From Candidatus Stercoripulliclostridium merdipullorum (GTDB taxonomy: Bacteria > Bacillota > Clostridia > Christensenellales > DTU072): a stretch of 64,000 nucleotides of DNA. The notes under the pieces were generated by a model, which did not search any database, had not been told where the DNA came from, and worked only from the letters and a program-made list of their open reading frames with translations. The stretch is from positions 1,116 through 65,115 of the forward strand of contig DVOH01000024.1 in NCBI GenBank assembly GCA_018713745.1, read 5' to 3'. A program made the translations under genes and the position numbers. Below are positions 9,772-18,947 of this stretch, piece by piece (positions within the stretch are counted from its first letter, which is position 1; every line of letters starts with the position of its first letter).

Positions 9772-11028
9772 ATGCTGTTACTCAAAAACTGTATGGTAAA
9801 AGACGAAATCGTCGACGTCGGAATCGACGGCAAAACAATCGTCGCAATCGGAAAGGGGCTGGAGGCAGAAGGCGCCGCGGTCGTCGAAGTCGGCGGCAAA
9901 ACGTTGCTTCCTGCGTTTGTCGATATGCACACGCACCTGCGCGAACCGGGTTACGAATACAAAGAGGATATTGCCTCGGGCGCGGCGGCGGCGGTCAAGG
10001 GCGGTTTTTCGGCGATTGCCTGCATGCCCAACACCCTGCCGATTTGTGACAATGCCGCAGTGGTCGGATATATCCGGCAAAGAGCAAAAGAAGTAGACCT
10101 CTGCAAAGTGTATCCCGTCGGTGCGATCACCAAAGGGGAGCAGGGGGAAGAACTTGCCGAGATGGGCAAGATGAAAGAGGCGGGTGCCGTTGCCGTCAGC
10201 GATGACGGTCGTCCCGTCGAGCGCGCGGTGATGATGCGCCACGCCATCGAATACGCTTCGGACTTCGGACTGCCGGTTCTGTCGCACTGCGAGGACAAGA
10301 GCCTTGCCGAAGGCGGTTCGGTCAACGAAGGGTATTACAGTATGTTGACGGGACTCAAAGGAATTTCGGCTGCGAGCGAAGAGATTATGGCAAGCCGCGA
10401 AATTCTGCTGGCGGAAGCGCTCAACCGTCCCGTACATCTTTGCCATATTTCGACCAAAGGAACGGTCAGAATGGTGCGGGAAGCCAAGGCGCGCGGCGTG
10501 CGCGTCACGGCGGAAACCTGTCCCCATTATTTTGCCGCGGACGACTCGATGGTAGCGACCTTCGATGCCCGTACCAAAGTCAATCCGCCCCTCCGGGGTC
10601 TTGAAGACGTAGCCGCAATCAAGGCGGGGCTACAGGACGGGACGATCGACGCCATCGTGACCGATCACGCCCCGCACGCCTTCGACGAGAAAAACGTCGA
10701 GTATCAGCTGGCAGCGTTCGGGATCAGCGGGATCGAAACGTCTTTTGCGCTTTCATATACCAATCTGGTCGAAACGGGACTCCTTTCACTCGAAAAACTG
10801 AGCGAACTGATGACGACCAACCCTGCAAAGATCCTCGGGATTCCGTATGGCGAAATCAAAGAAGGGGGGCTGGCGGATCTTGTTGTCGTCGATCTCGGCG
10901 CCGAGTGGATCATCGATCCCGCCGACTTCCGCTCCAAAGGAAAAAACACGCCGTTTGCCGGACGCCGCGTGCACGGAAAAGTGCTGATGACGCTCGTCGA
11001 AGGGCAGATCAAATATAAGGAGGCATAG
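9772..11028 (+). CDS. pyrC: Dihydroorotase
   Basis: DMHTHLREPG, MPNT, KVNPPLR, TDHAPH motifs. Confidence 0.97.
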   Translation: MLLLKNCMVKDEIVDVGIDGKTIVAIGKGLEAEGAAVVEVGGKTLLPAFVDMHTHLREPGYEYKEDIASGAAAAVKGGFSAIACMPNTLPICDNAAVVGYIRQRAKEVDLCKVYPVGAITKGEQGEELAEMGKMKEAGAVAVSDDGRPVERAVMMRHAIEYASDFGLPVLSHCEDKSLAEGGSVNEGYYSMLTGLKGISAASEEIMASREILLAEALNRPVHLCHISTKGTVRMVREAKARGVRVTAETCPHYFAADDSMVATFDARTKVNPPLRGLEDVAAIKAGLQDGTIDAIVTDHAPHAFDEKNVEYQLAAFGISGIETSFALSYTNLVETGLLSLEKLSELMTTNPAKILGIPYGEIKEGGLADLVVVDLGAEWIIDPADFRSKGKNTPFAGRRVHGKVLMTLVEGQIKYKEA

Positions 11029-11032
11029 AAGA

Positions 11033-11959
11033 TTGGATCAACTGATCAAAGCGATTATCGACAAACAAAGCGTTGCCGTCGTCGGTCTGGACACGGCGTT
11101 CGACTATCTCCCCGAAGGGATGCGCCAAAACGTGACGCGTGCGTCCGAAGCGGCAGAAAGCATTTTGGAATTCAATCTTAACGTCATCAACGCCGTCAAG
11201 GATCTTGCTCCCGCGGTGAAGGTGCAGATTGCCTATTACGAAATGTACGGGGTCGAGGGACTGATGGCGTTCCGTGAAACCGTCCGTTACGCCCGCAAGG
11301 CTGGGCTCGTCGTGATGGCGGACGCCAAACGCAACGATATCGGTTCGACGGCGGAGTGCTATGCCAAGGCATTCCTCGGCAAAAGCAAAATCAACGATCT
11401 GACCTTCGAGCCGTTCGGCGCGGATATTCTTACCGTCAACGGCTACCTCGGCGTAGACGGCATCAAACCGTTTCTGGACGTGATGCGCGATCGGGACAAA
11501 GGGATTTTCGTACTGGTCAAAACCTCCAATCCGTCGAGCGGGCAACTTCAGAACCTCGTTTTGCAAGACGGCAGAACGGTATTCGAGTGCATGGGCGATC
11601 TCGTCGAAGAGTGGGGCAGCGACAATATCGGCGCTTACGGCTACAGCAAAGTCGGTGCCGTCGTCGGCGCAACTCATCCCGTCGAAGCGGCAACGCTGCG
11701 CAAACGTCTGCCGCATACTTTCTTCCTGATCCCGGGTTACGGCGCGCAGGGCGGCACGGCGGATGATCTTGCGGTTTCGTTTGACGAGCGCGGCCTCGGC
11801 GGCGCGGTCAACAATTCGCGCGGGATTCTGCTTGCTTACCGCAAGGAGCGTTATCAAGGACAAAAGTATTACGAAGCGGCTCGCAATGCGCTGACCGATA
11901 TGCAGCAAGATATTGCGCGTGCGTTACGCAACAAAGGAATCAATCGTATAGGAGAATAA
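11033..11959 (+). CDS. pyrF: Orotidine-5'-phosphate decarboxylase (long type, TTG start)
   Basis: VGLD, DAKRNDIGST, LIPGYGAQGG, NNSRGIL motifs. Confidence 0.96.
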   Translation: MDQLIKAIIDKQSVAVVGLDTAFDYLPEGMRQNVTRASEAAESILEFNLNVINAVKDLAPAVKVQIAYYEMYGVEGLMAFRETVRYARKAGLVVMADAKRNDIGSTAECYAKAFLGKSKINDLTFEPFGADILTVNGYLGVDGIKPFLDVMRDRDKGIFVLVKTSNPSSGQLQNLVLQDGRTVFECMGDLVEEWGSDNIGAYGYSKVGAVVGATHPVEAATLRKRLPHTFFLIPGYGAQGGTADDLAVSFDERGLGGAVNNSRGILLAYRKERYQGQKYYEAARNALTDMQQDIARALRNKGINRIGE

Positions 11960-11960
11960 T

Positions 11961-13046
11961 ATGGCTTATCTTACTTTGAGTGACGGAACCATTTACGAAG
12001 GCAGGGGCTTCGGCTACAAAGGCGATGTGATCGGCGAAGTCGTATTTAATACCGGGATGTCGGGTTATCAAGAACTTCTGACCGACCCGTCCTATGTCGG
12101 ACAGATTGTCAATATGACCTATCCGCTGATCGGCAATTACGGCGTCAACCGTGACGACGTCGAGTCCGACACGCCGCACGTCAAAGGCTTTGTCGTGCGC
12201 GACTATTGCGAAGTACCCAGCAACTGGCAGTGTACCGATACGCTGGACAGCTATCTGAAAGAAAACAAGGTCGTAGCCTTGCAAGGCATCGACACCCGCG
12301 CCTTGACGCGTAAACTGCGTGACAAAGGGACGATGGTCGGCATTATTTCGCAGGAAATGCCGACGGCGGAGCAGATGCTTGCGGTGCGTTCCTTCCGGAT
12401 TGTCGACTCGGTACGACAGGTGACGACGCGGGAAGCGTACGAGCAAAAATCCGATCATTCCTGCGGACTGAAGGTTGCGGTGCTGGACTACGGTCTGAAG
12501 CGGAATATTCTGGCAAGTCTGAAGCATATCGGATTGGATCTCAAAGTGTTCCCGAGCAATGCGTCTTATGAAGAAATCATGACATACGATCCCGACGGTA
12601 TTATGTTGACCAACGGACCGGGGGATCCCAAGGACAACCCCGAAGCAATCGAAACCATCCGCAAGCTGATCGGAAAAAAACCGATTTTCGGCATTTGCCT
12701 CGGGCATCAGCTTCTCGCCCTTGCGATGGGCGCTGATACCGTCAAACTCAAATACGGACATCGCGGCTCCAACCATCCCGTCAAGGATATCGAGTCGGGC
12801 AGGGTGTACATTACCAGTCAGAATCACGGGTATGCCGTGGACGAAGGAAGCATCGCGCAAGGAACGGTTACGCATGTCAACTGGAACGACAAAACAGTCG
12901 AAGGGATCGAGTATCCCGATCAAAAGGCGTTTTCGGTGCAGTTCCACCCCGAAGCGCGCCCCGGTCCCAACGACACCACGCATCTGTTTGTCAAGTTCAA
13001 AGAAATGATGATCGCCACAAAGGAGAACGAAAATGCCGAGAGATAA
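11961..13046 (+). CDS. carA: Carbamoyl-phosphate synthase small subunit
   Basis: GEVVFNTGMSGYQE, GICLGHQ, QFHPE motifs. Confidence 0.97.
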   Translation: MAYLTLSDGTIYEGRGFGYKGDVIGEVVFNTGMSGYQELLTDPSYVGQIVNMTYPLIGNYGVNRDDVESDTPHVKGFVVRDYCEVPSNWQCTDTLDSYLKENKVVALQGIDTRALTRKLRDKGTMVGIISQEMPTAEQMLAVRSFRIVDSVRQVTTREAYEQKSDHSCGLKVAVLDYGLKRNILASLKHIGLDLKVFPSNASYEEIMTYDPDGIMLTNGPGDPKDNPEAIETIRKLIGKKPIFGICLGHQLLALAMGADTVKLKYGHRGSNHPVKDIESGRVYITSQNHGYAVDEGSIAQGTVTHVNWNDKTVEGIEYPDQKAFSVQFHPEARPGPNDTTHLFVKFKEMMIATKENENAER

Positions 13047-16000
13047 AAGTATCAAAAAAGTTCTGATTATCGGAAGCGGTCCGATTGCGATCGGACAGGC
13101 GGCGGAGTTTGACTATGCCGGAACGCAGGCGTGCCGCGCGTTGCGCGCCGAAGGAATCGAAACGGTACTGGTCAACAGCAATCCCGCTACGATCATGACC
13201 GACAAAAACATGGCGGATCAGGTTTACCTCGAACCGCTGACGGCGGAAGTGCTGAAAAACATCATTCGCCGTGAGCGCCCCGACAGTCTGTTGCCGACGT
13301 TAGGCGGGCAGATCGGACTGAACCTGGCGTGCGAACTCAGCGAATCGGGATTTCTTGCCGAGTATAACGTACGGCTTTTGGGGACGACGGTGGAGTCGAT
13401 TGCGAAATCGGAAGACCGCAAATTGTTCAAAGAAACGATGGAGTCGATCGGCGAACCCTGCATTGACAGCGCGATCGTATACAGTGTGGAGGAAGCGTTG
13501 CAATTTGCCGACGAAGTGGGATATCCCATTATTGTCCGTCCCGCGTACACGTTGGGCGGAACGGGCGGCGGCATGGCGGAAAACGCCAAAGAACTTGCCG
13601 AAGTCTGCAAAGCGGGACTCAAAGCGAGCCGCGTGCACCAGTGTCTGATCGAAAAATCGGTTGCGGGCTGGAAAGAAATCGAGTACGAAATGATGCGCGA
13701 CAGCGCCGGCAACATCATTACCGTCTGCAACATGGAAAACTTCGACCCCGTCGGAATTCATACCGGCGACAGCATCGTCGTCGCGCCGACGCAGACGCTG
13801 CGCGAAAAGGAAGTTCAGATGCTCCGTACCGCGAGCATCAACATCATTTCGGCGCTCGGGATCTGCGGGGGCTGTAACGTTCAGTTTGCCCTCGATACCG
13901 AGAGCATGAAGTATGCCGTTATCGAAGTCAATCCGCGTGTTTCGCGTTCGTCGGCGCTTGCGTCCAAGGCGACGGGCTACCCCATCGCCAAAGTGGCGTC
14001 CCTCGTTGCCATCGGCTATCATCTCGACGAAATTCTCAACGGCGTGACCGGCAAGACATACGCCTGCTTCGAACCGACGATCGACTATGTCGTCTGCAAA
14101 TTCCCGCGGTGGCCGTTCGACAAATTTACGGCGGCAAACAAGAGCCTCGGCACGCGGATGAAGGCGACGGGCGAAGTCATGGCGATCGGTGCCAACTTCG
14201 AAGAATCCTTGCTGAAAGCTCTGCGTTCGCTCGAACTCCGTTATGACAGCACCGAACATTTCAAATACGACAACAAGACCAAGGACGAACTTTATGTCGA
14301 ACTGGTCAAAAAGAGCGACGAACGGCTGTTTGTCGTGGCGGCGGCAATGCGCAAAGGGATCAGCATCAATCTGATCAACGAGATCACCAAGATCGACAAG
14401 TGGTTCCTGACCAAAATTCAAAAGATCGTCGAGCTGGAAGAGAAGATCAAACGCGAAAAAGAAGGGATGCTCGAGCTTAAGACCCTGCGTCGCTTGAAGC
14501 AACTCGGATTTTCGGATACCGCGCTGGCGCGCTGGACGGGAAAAACCGAGGACGAAATCCGTTCTTTGCGCAAGATTTACGGGATTCTGCCCGTATACAA
14601 AATGGTCGACACCTGCGGAGCGGAATTCGAAGCGGTCAGCCCGTATTTCTATTCGACCTACGATCAGGAGAACGAATCCCGCCGCAATCCCGAGGACAAG
14701 ACCATCGTTGTCCTGGGCAGCGGACCCATCCGCATCGGACAGGGCGTCGAATTCGACTACTGCTCGGTGCATTGCATCTGGGCGCTGAAGCAGGAAGGCT
14801 ACAAAGCGGTCATCATCAACAACAACCCCGAAACGGTGTCGACCGACTTCGATATTTCGGATAAGCTGTACTTCGAGCCGCTGACGCGCGAAGAAGTCTG
14901 GAACGTGCTGGAACTCGAACAGCCCGAAGGCGTGATCGTACAGTTCGGCGGACAGACGGCGATCAAACTTGCCGCCGCGGTGGAAGAGAAAGGATTTAAG
15001 ATTCTCGGCACGACCGTCGAGTCGATCAACGACGCCGAGGATCGCGAAAAGTTTGACGAGCTTCTCGAAAAACTGGGGCTTGCACGACCGAAGGGAACGA
15101 CGGTATTCAACAAGGAAGAAGCGGTCGAAGCCGCCAACCGTTTGGGATATCCCGTGCTGGTCAGACCTTCTTACGTCTTGGGCGGGCAGGGGATGGAAAT
15201 CGCTTATACCGACCGTGATATCGAAGAATATATGGATATCATCTGCGTCAACAAACAGGAGCATCCCGTTCTGGTCGACAAATACATCAGCGGCAAAGAG
15301 CTCGAAGTCGACGCCATCTGCGACGGCGAAGATTTTCTGATCCCGGGCATTATGGAACACATCGAACGCACCGGCGTTCACAGCGGCGACAGCATCAGCG
15401 TCTATCCGCCCGTTTCGTTCTCGCCCGAAATCATCGAAAAGATTGTCGAGGCGTCCAGAGTGCTTGCTTTGGGAACCAAAACAATCGGTTTGATCAATAT
15501 TCAGTTTATTCTCAAAGACAACTCCCTGTATGTCATCGAAGTCAATCCTCGCTCTTCGCGTACGGTACCGTTTATCAGCAAGGTGACGGGCATCCCGATG
15601 ATCGCACTTGCCACCAAGTGCTGCCTCGGCGAAAAACTCAAAGATATGGGGTACGGCACCGGGCTTTACAAAGAGAGCAAAGTTTATGCCGTCAAAGTGC
15701 CGGTGTTCAGCAACGACAAGATTCCCGATCTCGAGATCAGCTTAAGCCCCGAGATGAAGTCGACGGGCGAAGTTCTCGGCTTGTCGCCCGTGTTTGACGA
15801 AGCGCTGCTCAAAGGACTGTACGCCAGCGGCGTCCGCAATTTCAAAAATGCCGGAGTGTTCATTTCGGTCTCCAATAAGTGCAAGGAAGACGTCGTGCCG
15901 CTTGCGCGCAAGCTTGCCGATCACGGCATGAAACTTTATGCAACCGCGGGGACGGCAGCTTATCTTGCCGATCACGGCATCGACGCCGAAGTCGTCGGGA

Positions 16001-16260
16001 AAATGCGCAATTCGGACGATATCGAGCAGCTGATCAAAACCGGAAAAGCCAAAATCATCATCAATACCCCGACCAAAGGGCGCAATTCGCACAGCGACGG
16101 ATTCAAGATGCGCCGTCTTGCCGTCGAGCAGGGTGCCAACTGCTTCACCTCGCTCGATACCGTCGACGCATTCGTGCGCGGACTGATGCTCAGCAAAGAA
16201 GACAAGGATCTCGGACTTTGCCCCTTGTCCGATTTGGAGAAAATCAATGCGGGAAACTGA
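13033..16260 (+). CDS. carB: Carbamoyl-phosphate synthase large subunit
   Basis: IGSGPIAIGQAAEFDY; two ATP-grasp domains (EVNPRVSRS, EVNPRSSRT); C-terminal MGS domain. Confidence 0.98.
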   Translation: MPRDKSIKKVLIIGSGPIAIGQAAEFDYAGTQACRALRAEGIETVLVNSNPATIMTDKNMADQVYLEPLTAEVLKNIIRRERPDSLLPTLGGQIGLNLACELSESGFLAEYNVRLLGTTVESIAKSEDRKLFKETMESIGEPCIDSAIVYSVEEALQFADEVGYPIIVRPAYTLGGTGGGMAENAKELAEVCKAGLKASRVHQCLIEKSVAGWKEIEYEMMRDSAGNIITVCNMENFDPVGIHTGDSIVVAPTQTLREKEVQMLRTASINIISALGICGGCNVQFALDTESMKYAVIEVNPRVSRSSALASKATGYPIAKVASLVAIGYHLDEILNGVTGKTYACFEPTIDYVVCKFPRWPFDKFTAANKSLGTRMKATGEVMAIGANFEESLLKALRSLELRYDSTEHFKYDNKTKDELYVELVKKSDERLFVVAAAMRKGISINLINEITKIDKWFLTKIQKIVELEEKIKREKEGMLELKTLRRLKQLGFSDTALARWTGKTEDEIRSLRKIYGILPVYKMVDTCGAEFEAVSPYFYSTYDQENESRRNPEDKTIVVLGSGPIRIGQGVEFDYCSVHCIWALKQEGYKAVIINNNPETVSTDFDISDKLYFEPLTREEVWNVLELEQPEGVIVQFGGQTAIKLAAAVEEKGFKILGTTVESINDAEDREKFDELLEKLGLARPKGTTVFNKEEAVEAANRLGYPVLVRPSYVLGGQGMEIAYTDRDIEEYMDIICVNKQEHPVLVDKYISGKELEVDAICDGEDFLIPGIMEHIERTGVHSGDSISVYPPVSFSPEIIEKIVEASRVLALGTKTIGLINIQFILKDNSLYVIEVNPRSSRTVPFISKVTGIPMIALATKCCLGEKLKDMGYGTGLYKESKVYAVKVPVFSNDKIPDLEISLSPEMKSTGEVLGLSPVFDEALLKGLYASGVRNFKNAGVFISVSNKCKEDVVPLARKLADHGMKLYATAGTAAYLADHGIDAEVVGKMRNSDDIEQLIKTGKAKIIINTPTKGRNSHSDGFKMRRLAVEQGANCFTSLDTVDAFVRGLMLSKEDKDLGLCPLSDLEKINAGN

Positions 16261-17008
16261 ACTCGTCATCCGCGCGAACGACAGGATCGCGGACGGAATT
16301 TATCGCTTGGAACTCGGCGGTGACGTCGGACCGATCGGGGCAGGGCAGTTTCTGAACCTTTCCCTCGGTCGTGCGGACATGCCCCTCCGTCGTCCCTTCG
16401 GGATCGCACGGCATACCGCGGACAGCGTTACGGTATGTTATCAGGTTGTCGGCAAAGGGACGGAGTATCTTGCAACGCTGTCGGCGGGAGAAAAGCTCCG
16501 TGCCGTACTGCCCCTCGGCAACGGCTTCGACGTCGGGGAGGCTCAATCGATTGCGCTGGTCGGAGGAGGCGTCGGAATTTTCCCCTTGCTCAGCGTGGCG
16601 GAAGGATATGACAGAGAATTTCGGTCGTACCTCGGCTATCGGAATGCCGACAAGGTATGTCTGACCGAAGATTTTAAGCGCAGAGGCGCGGTAAGAATTG
16701 CCACCGACGACGGCAGTTACGGCGAGCAGGGGAGCGTGCTTACGATGCTGAAGGAAGATCTTGCCGCAGGGGTGCGGTATGACCTTGTCCTTGCCTGCGG
16801 ACCGACTGCGATGCTCAAGGCGATGCAGAAGATGTGGGAAGAACTGCCCGATGCGCCCAAATGCTATATCAGCACCGAAGAACGGATGGGTTGCGGCATC
16901 GGGGCGTGTCTGGTGTGTACCTGCAAGGTGACGCGCAAAGGGACGACCGAACGCTTGCGTGCCTGCAAAGACGGACCCGTATTCGAGATCGGGGAGGTGG
17001 AGCTGTGA
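16247..17008 (+). CDS. pyrK: Dihydroorotate dehydrogenase electron transfer subunit
   Basis: LRRPFG, GGGVGIFPL, CGP, ERMGCGIGACLVC...CKDGPVF motifs. Confidence 0.95.
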   Translation: MRETELVIRANDRIADGIYRLELGGDVGPIGAGQFLNLSLGRADMPLRRPFGIARHTADSVTVCYQVVGKGTEYLATLSAGEKLRAVLPLGNGFDVGEAQSIALVGGGVGIFPLLSVAEGYDREFRSYLGYRNADKVCLTEDFKRRGAVRIATDDGSYGEQGSVLTMLKEDLAAGVRYDLVLACGPTAMLKAMQKMWEELPDAPKCYISTEERMGCGIGACLVCTCKVTRKGTTERLRACKDGPVFEIGEVEL

Positions 17009-17913
17009 ATACCCAAGTCGAAATCTGCGGCGTAACGTTTCAAAATCCTTTGATTGCCGCTTCGGGAACGTTCGGATTCGGGAGAGAATATGCCGAACTG
17101 TATCCTCTTAGCGAAATCGGCGGAATCAGCACCAAAGGCTTGACGCGCGAGAAGCGGGACGGCAACCCTACGCCGCGCATCGCCGAGTGTACGGCGGGGA
17201 TGCTGAATGCCGTGGGACTGCAAAACCCCGGCGTCGAACGGTTTTTGGCAGAAGATCTTGCGTGGCTTAAAGCCCAGGGAACGGTCGTCATCGCCAACAT
17301 CGCGGGAAGCGTGGAAGAGGACTATGTCGCCATGGCAAAGCGTCTGGACGGCAAGGTCGATATGCTGGAACTCAATATTTCCTGCCCCAACGTCAAGTGC
17401 GGCGGGATTGCCTTCGGGATTTATCCCGAGTCGATCGAAGCGATTACGCGGGCGGTCAAACAAGAATGCAAAAAAACGCCGCTGATCGTCAAACTTTCCC
17501 CGAACGTTGCGTCGATTCCGCTCAATGCCAAGGCGGCGGAGCGCGGGGGCGCCGATGCGATTTCGCTGGTCAACACGTTTACGGGGCTTGCCATCGATCT
17601 GAAGCGCCGTCGTCCGATCATCGCCAACGTAACGGGCGGCGTCTCGGGCAGGGCGATCAAACCCATTGCGTTGCGGATGGTATGGGAAGCGGCAAACGCC
17701 GTAACGATTCCCGTCATCGGCATGGGCGGGATTGCGACGGGCGAAGACGTACTCGAATTTATGACGGTGGGCGCCCGCGCCGTGCAAATCGGTTCGGAAA
17801 ACATTTTCGATCCCATGGCAATGCCGCGGATCAAGCGTGAAATGATCGCGGCGATGCAACGCCTCGGCATCGAGGACGTCAACGATATCGTCAGTACTTT
17901 GCAATTATATTAG
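17005..17913 (+). CDS. pyrD: Dihydroorotate dehydrogenase B catalytic subunit (GTG start at 17005)
   Basis: SD GGAGG, GTG overlapping the pyrK stop; ASGTFG, NAVGLQNPG, ELNISCPN, KLSPN motifs. Confidence 0.96.
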   Translation: MNTQVEICGVTFQNPLIAASGTFGFGREYAELYPLSEIGGISTKGLTREKRDGNPTPRIAECTAGMLNAVGLQNPGVERFLAEDLAWLKAQGTVVIANIAGSVEEDYVAMAKRLDGKVDMLELNISCPNVKCGGIAFGIYPESIEAITRAVKQECKKTPLIVKLSPNVASIPLNAKAAERGGADAISLVNTFTGLAIDLKRRRPIIANVTGGVSGRAIKPIALRMVWEAANAVTIPVIGMGGIATGEDVLEFMTVGARAVQIGSENIFDPMAMPRIKREMIAAMQRLGIEDVNDIVSTLQLY

Positions 17914-17932
17914 ATCAAACGGAGGAATCACA

Positions 17933-18511
17933 ATGAACAAAGAAGAAATGTTAGCGATTTTCCGCGAAACGGACGGGATCCTCAAAGGGCACTTTCAACT
18001 GGCTTCGGGTCGCCACTCTGATACTTACATGCAATGCGCCAAATTGTTTATGTATCCCAAAAAATCGGCGATGCTTTGCGCCGAACTCGCCAAACTGCTG
18101 AACGGCGTGGCGATTGACGTGGTTGCATCTCCCGCGGTCGGCGGTGTGATTATGGGATATCAGATGGCGGCGGAACTCGACGTCCCCAATATCTTTTTTG
18201 AGCGGGTCAACGGCGAAATGACGTTGCGTCGCGGATTTACGGTGGAAGCCGGCAAGCGCTATCTCGTGGTCGAAGACGTCGTAACGACGGGCGGCAGCGT
18301 GCGCGAAGTCGTATCGCTGATCGAATCGATGGGCGGCGAAGTGGCGGCGGTTGCGTCGATCGTCGATCGCAGCAACGGCAAAGTTGACTTCGGCAAGCCT
18401 TATTATGCCTTGCTTCAGATGGAAGTCATCAGCTACGAACCCGACGAATGTCCCCTCTGCAAGCAGGGGATCCCCGTGACGAAGCCGGGGACGAAAGCCT
18501 TGACAAAATAA
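17933..18511 (+). CDS. pyrE: Orotate phosphoribosyltransferase
   Basis: GHFQLASGRHS, VVEDVVTTGGS, C-terminal CPLC. Confidence 0.96.
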   Translation: MNKEEMLAIFRETDGILKGHFQLASGRHSDTYMQCAKLFMYPKKSAMLCAELAKLLNGVAIDVVASPAVGGVIMGYQMAAELDVPNIFFERVNGEMTLRRGFTVEAGKRYLVVEDVVTTGGSVREVVSLIESMGGEVAAVASIVDRSNGKVDFGKPYYALLQMEVISYEPDECPLCKQGIPVTKPGTKALTK

Positions 18512-18531
18512 AAATCGGTTCGGATTGACAC

Positions 18532-18559
18532 AAAACAGCCCGTCAGGGCTGTTTTTTTT
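18532..18559. terminator. Terminator of the pyr operon, overlapping the convergent XRE gene stop
   Basis: aaaacagccc-gtca-gggctgtttttttt. Confidence 0.75.
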
Positions 18560-18782
18560 CGGGCAGAGGGAAGCAGAGAATCTCGTCGGGCGTGACGTCG
18601 ACGGCGCGGCAAAGCAGGACGAAGGTATCGAGCTTCGGGAGTTTGTCCGTCGTGCAGTATTGCGTGATCATTTCGGGCGAAACTCCCGTTTTGCGGGCAA
18701 TCTCACGCGTGGTCATTCCGCTGGTGCGGATTGCCTGCGACAAACGCTTTTTGATTTCGGCATTGATATAAGGAAGATCCAT
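18543..18782 (-). CDS. XRE/Cro-C1 family helix-turn-helix transcriptional regulator (79 aa)
   Basis: SGMTTREIARKTGVSPEMITQY...LPKLDTFVLLCRAVDVTPDEIL is a typical HTH_3 pattern. Confidence 0.88.
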   Translation of the reverse strand: MDLPYINAEIKKRLSQAIRTSGMTTREIARKTGVSPEMITQYCTTDKLPKLDTFVLLCRAVDVTPDEILCFPLPEKKQP

Positions 18783-18793
18783 ATATTCAGTTT

Positions 18794-18844
18794 ATAACCA
18801 ACAGTTAGAAAATTATTGACAAATAACCAACGGTTAGCTATAAT
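18794..18844 (+). promoter_or_regulatory. Consensus sigmaA promoter with two palindromic operators
   Basis: TTGACA (18816-21), 17 nt, TATAAT (18839-44). ATAACCAACAGTTAG (18794-808) and ATAACCAACGGTTAG (18823-37), each TAAC-N5-GTTA. Confidence 0.8.
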
Positions 18845-18897
18845 CGAATTATCACAACCGATCGGCGCTTGCCGAAAGAGGAGTGCAAAGGGGGAAA

Positions 18898-18933
18898 CAA
18901 AAAAGGAGCAATCGCAAGATTGCTCCTTTTTTG
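18898..18933. terminator. Bidirectional intrinsic terminator downstream of prfB
   Basis: caaaaaaggagcaatc-gcaa-gattgctccttttttg. Confidence 0.88.
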
Positions 18934-18947
18934 AGTCCAAATATCGG

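Noticed and set aside
13300-15381. 693-aa antisense ORF, plus similar long shadow ORFs (21918..23450, 41813..43603, 51148..52740, 54977..56617)
   Set aside because: Each lies opposite a well-conserved gene, has no motifs, and is expected from codon bias in GC-rich DNA.
16834-17004. Long N-terminal extensions of pyrD (and likewise argD, argF, holB, iolD and the ABC permease) in the ORF track
   Set aside because: They overlap upstream genes; downstream starts with SD sequences or stop-start overlaps fit the family lengths.
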